Notes under the pieces: model-generated
What the model saw: the letters and a program-made list of their open reading frames with translations, nothing else
Told to the model about the DNA's origin: nothing
Databases searched by the model: none
Program-made: the position numbers and the translations under genes
Part shown: one piece after another, positions 62,321 to 64,000 of the stretch
Numbering within the stretch: position 1 is the stretch's first letter
Layout: each line of letters opens with the position of its first letter
From: Felis catus
Taxonomy: Eukaryota
Length of the DNA: 64,000 nucleotides
Reading direction: 5' to 3'
NCBI RefSeq assembly: GCF_018350175.1
Contig: NC_058368.1
Location: 96,226,001 to 96,290,000 of the forward strand

Positions 62321-64000
62321 GAGTCTGTTCAACAATTCACTTTCTTAAATACATACATACATGTCTTGTAATTTTGTTCACTTTAGTTATCTGCTTTTTG
62401 ATAAAAAGAAAAGCTATTTATATTACTCTAAGTGAATAAGGTGCACTATAAATCCAGAACAGCCTCAGGCTCTGAATGAAGCAGCCAGAACTGCTGAGAA
62501 AAAAAAAGGCAACTTTAAGTTATCCATTATGGACATGTGCTTTCCAGCCCTAACTGAATACTTTCAAATAGAATCCCCATCAGTCTTCGGGTGTGTAGGT
62601 TTTGATCCTCCAAAAACTAAGAATTTGACTCAAAATGAATGATCCATATCTGTAAACGGCAACCTTCAGAATATCCCAGTAGTAAAATTGGGTAGAATTC
62701 TTTAAGAATGCATGCAAAAGGAACTCTGTCATTAAATGGAAACAAATGCTGCTATTTCTTTAAAGGATTATGACTCTGGTTTTCTAACTTTACCCACGTT
62801 ATAGTCAGGTAAGAATATTTATGCATAGACACAGGACTAGGTAAAGATGAGCTGCCCTGTGGGTTAAAAGAACTCCCCAGGTCAATTGTTTCATCTTAAA
62901 ACCTAAACACATTCTTATAAAACTTAATAGACTTATACATTGGTTGGTTAACTACATAATAAATAAAATTTTACCACAGGCCAAAACATATGTCTTACAG
63001 GAGCAAATGTAAAAAAAAATAATCACAAAGAGCAAACCTCTTCTCTTTTCTGTGTGTTTTCTAATAAAAGAGATGTCAATTCTATAAAGTAGCCAGTGGT
63101 TTTTAAAAGAAAAAATAGCATGGATTCTTTAACTCTTAATGAGGCAATATTTCCATAGGATTGACTCATTAAAAACAGATTGATTCCATGTCATAATTAA
63201 ACTATATGACCTAAAGTTTGTGTTTAGTTTGAAAAATAAATATAAAAATAAATGATAGTTGCTGTCAAGACATAATGCACAAGATCATTAAGGAGATGGT
63301 TTTATTCAGTTCAGTAAAATATGGAGAATTTTCATTAATGAGAAACATCTCACAGGAAGGACAACTGGGTTTGATAAAAGGGGACATTCATTAGGAAGGG
63401 CAGAAGTGCGTGGTATCTTGAAACACACAAGGTTCCAAGTTGGCCTTTGCAGATAGCAGTGTCCCAGAATGCAAACAATGTATGTGGGGGTATGGGGGTT
63501 AGAGAGAAAATGATGGAGGAATTTATTAACTATTTTTTTTCTGACAGTACAGGCTCAAAAGTTCAACATTGTCACTGTCACTTATTTAAACCTTCAAAAA
63601 CCTTGCTAGAATAATCACACATTAGGCATACACATACAGATCTCAAAACTCCTTAATATTTATTGTCCCCACTTTACCGGTGCAGAGATAAATGTACTTG
63701 GGGGTAGTTTGGAGTAGGGTACCAGCTTGTTCCACTGAAAAATTCAGCTTGGGTGTAAGAAGAAAAGGTTATTGTCTCAACTTTAGTATCCATAAAAGTT
63801 CTACCTAATGGCAATGCAATAGCCATTTCCTAAACTTTATTTATTTTCATCACATTATGGGTACAATAAAATCTGCAGATTTGATTTTTAATGAAATGGA
63901 AGAAAGTTGCCATGAAATACTTAAGGAGCTCTGGAATGACACACTGGCCTGACTGGGCTGCTAGACACAAAAGAATAGATGAAGGACAGAGGAACAGGCT

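Noticed and set aside
1..64000. CRISPR arrays, operons, intact tRNA/rRNA genes, NUMT, CpG island, intact ERV genes
   Set aside because: None seen. The sequence is eukaryotic, and the tRNA-like segments are SINE heads.

Overview
Mammalian nuclear DNA, almost certainly felid: it carries about 39 tRNA-derived Can-SINE/SINEC_Fc copies and carnivore-type L1s. The window is repeat-rich and intronic or intergenic. I cannot identify any protein-coding exon with confidence. Most ORFs in the track come from SINEs, microsatellites or decayed L1 ORF2. Recognisable content: two large minus-strand L1 remnants (about 0.7-3.6 kb and 58.1-62.3 kb), a 3'-truncated U6 snRNA retrocopy nested in the first L1, older L1M/L2/MIR pieces, LTRs (MER21-, MER31-, MLT1-, MLT2-like and a carnivore ERV1-type solo LTR), DNA transposons (Charlie1, Tigger2a, two Tigger-like MITEs) and many simple repeats. 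The best leads are (i) a sharp switch in SINE orientation at about 34 kb, (ii) a candidate SMAD/RUNX/ETS-IRF promoter with a possible first exon at about 50.9-51.1 kb, (iii) scattered candidate splice sites suggesting unannotated or non-coding exons, and (iv) fold-back structures in low-complexity tracts. No new biological system can be demonstrated from sequence alone. Repeat subfamily names are from recalled consensus similarity, not a database search, and repeat boundaries are approximate.
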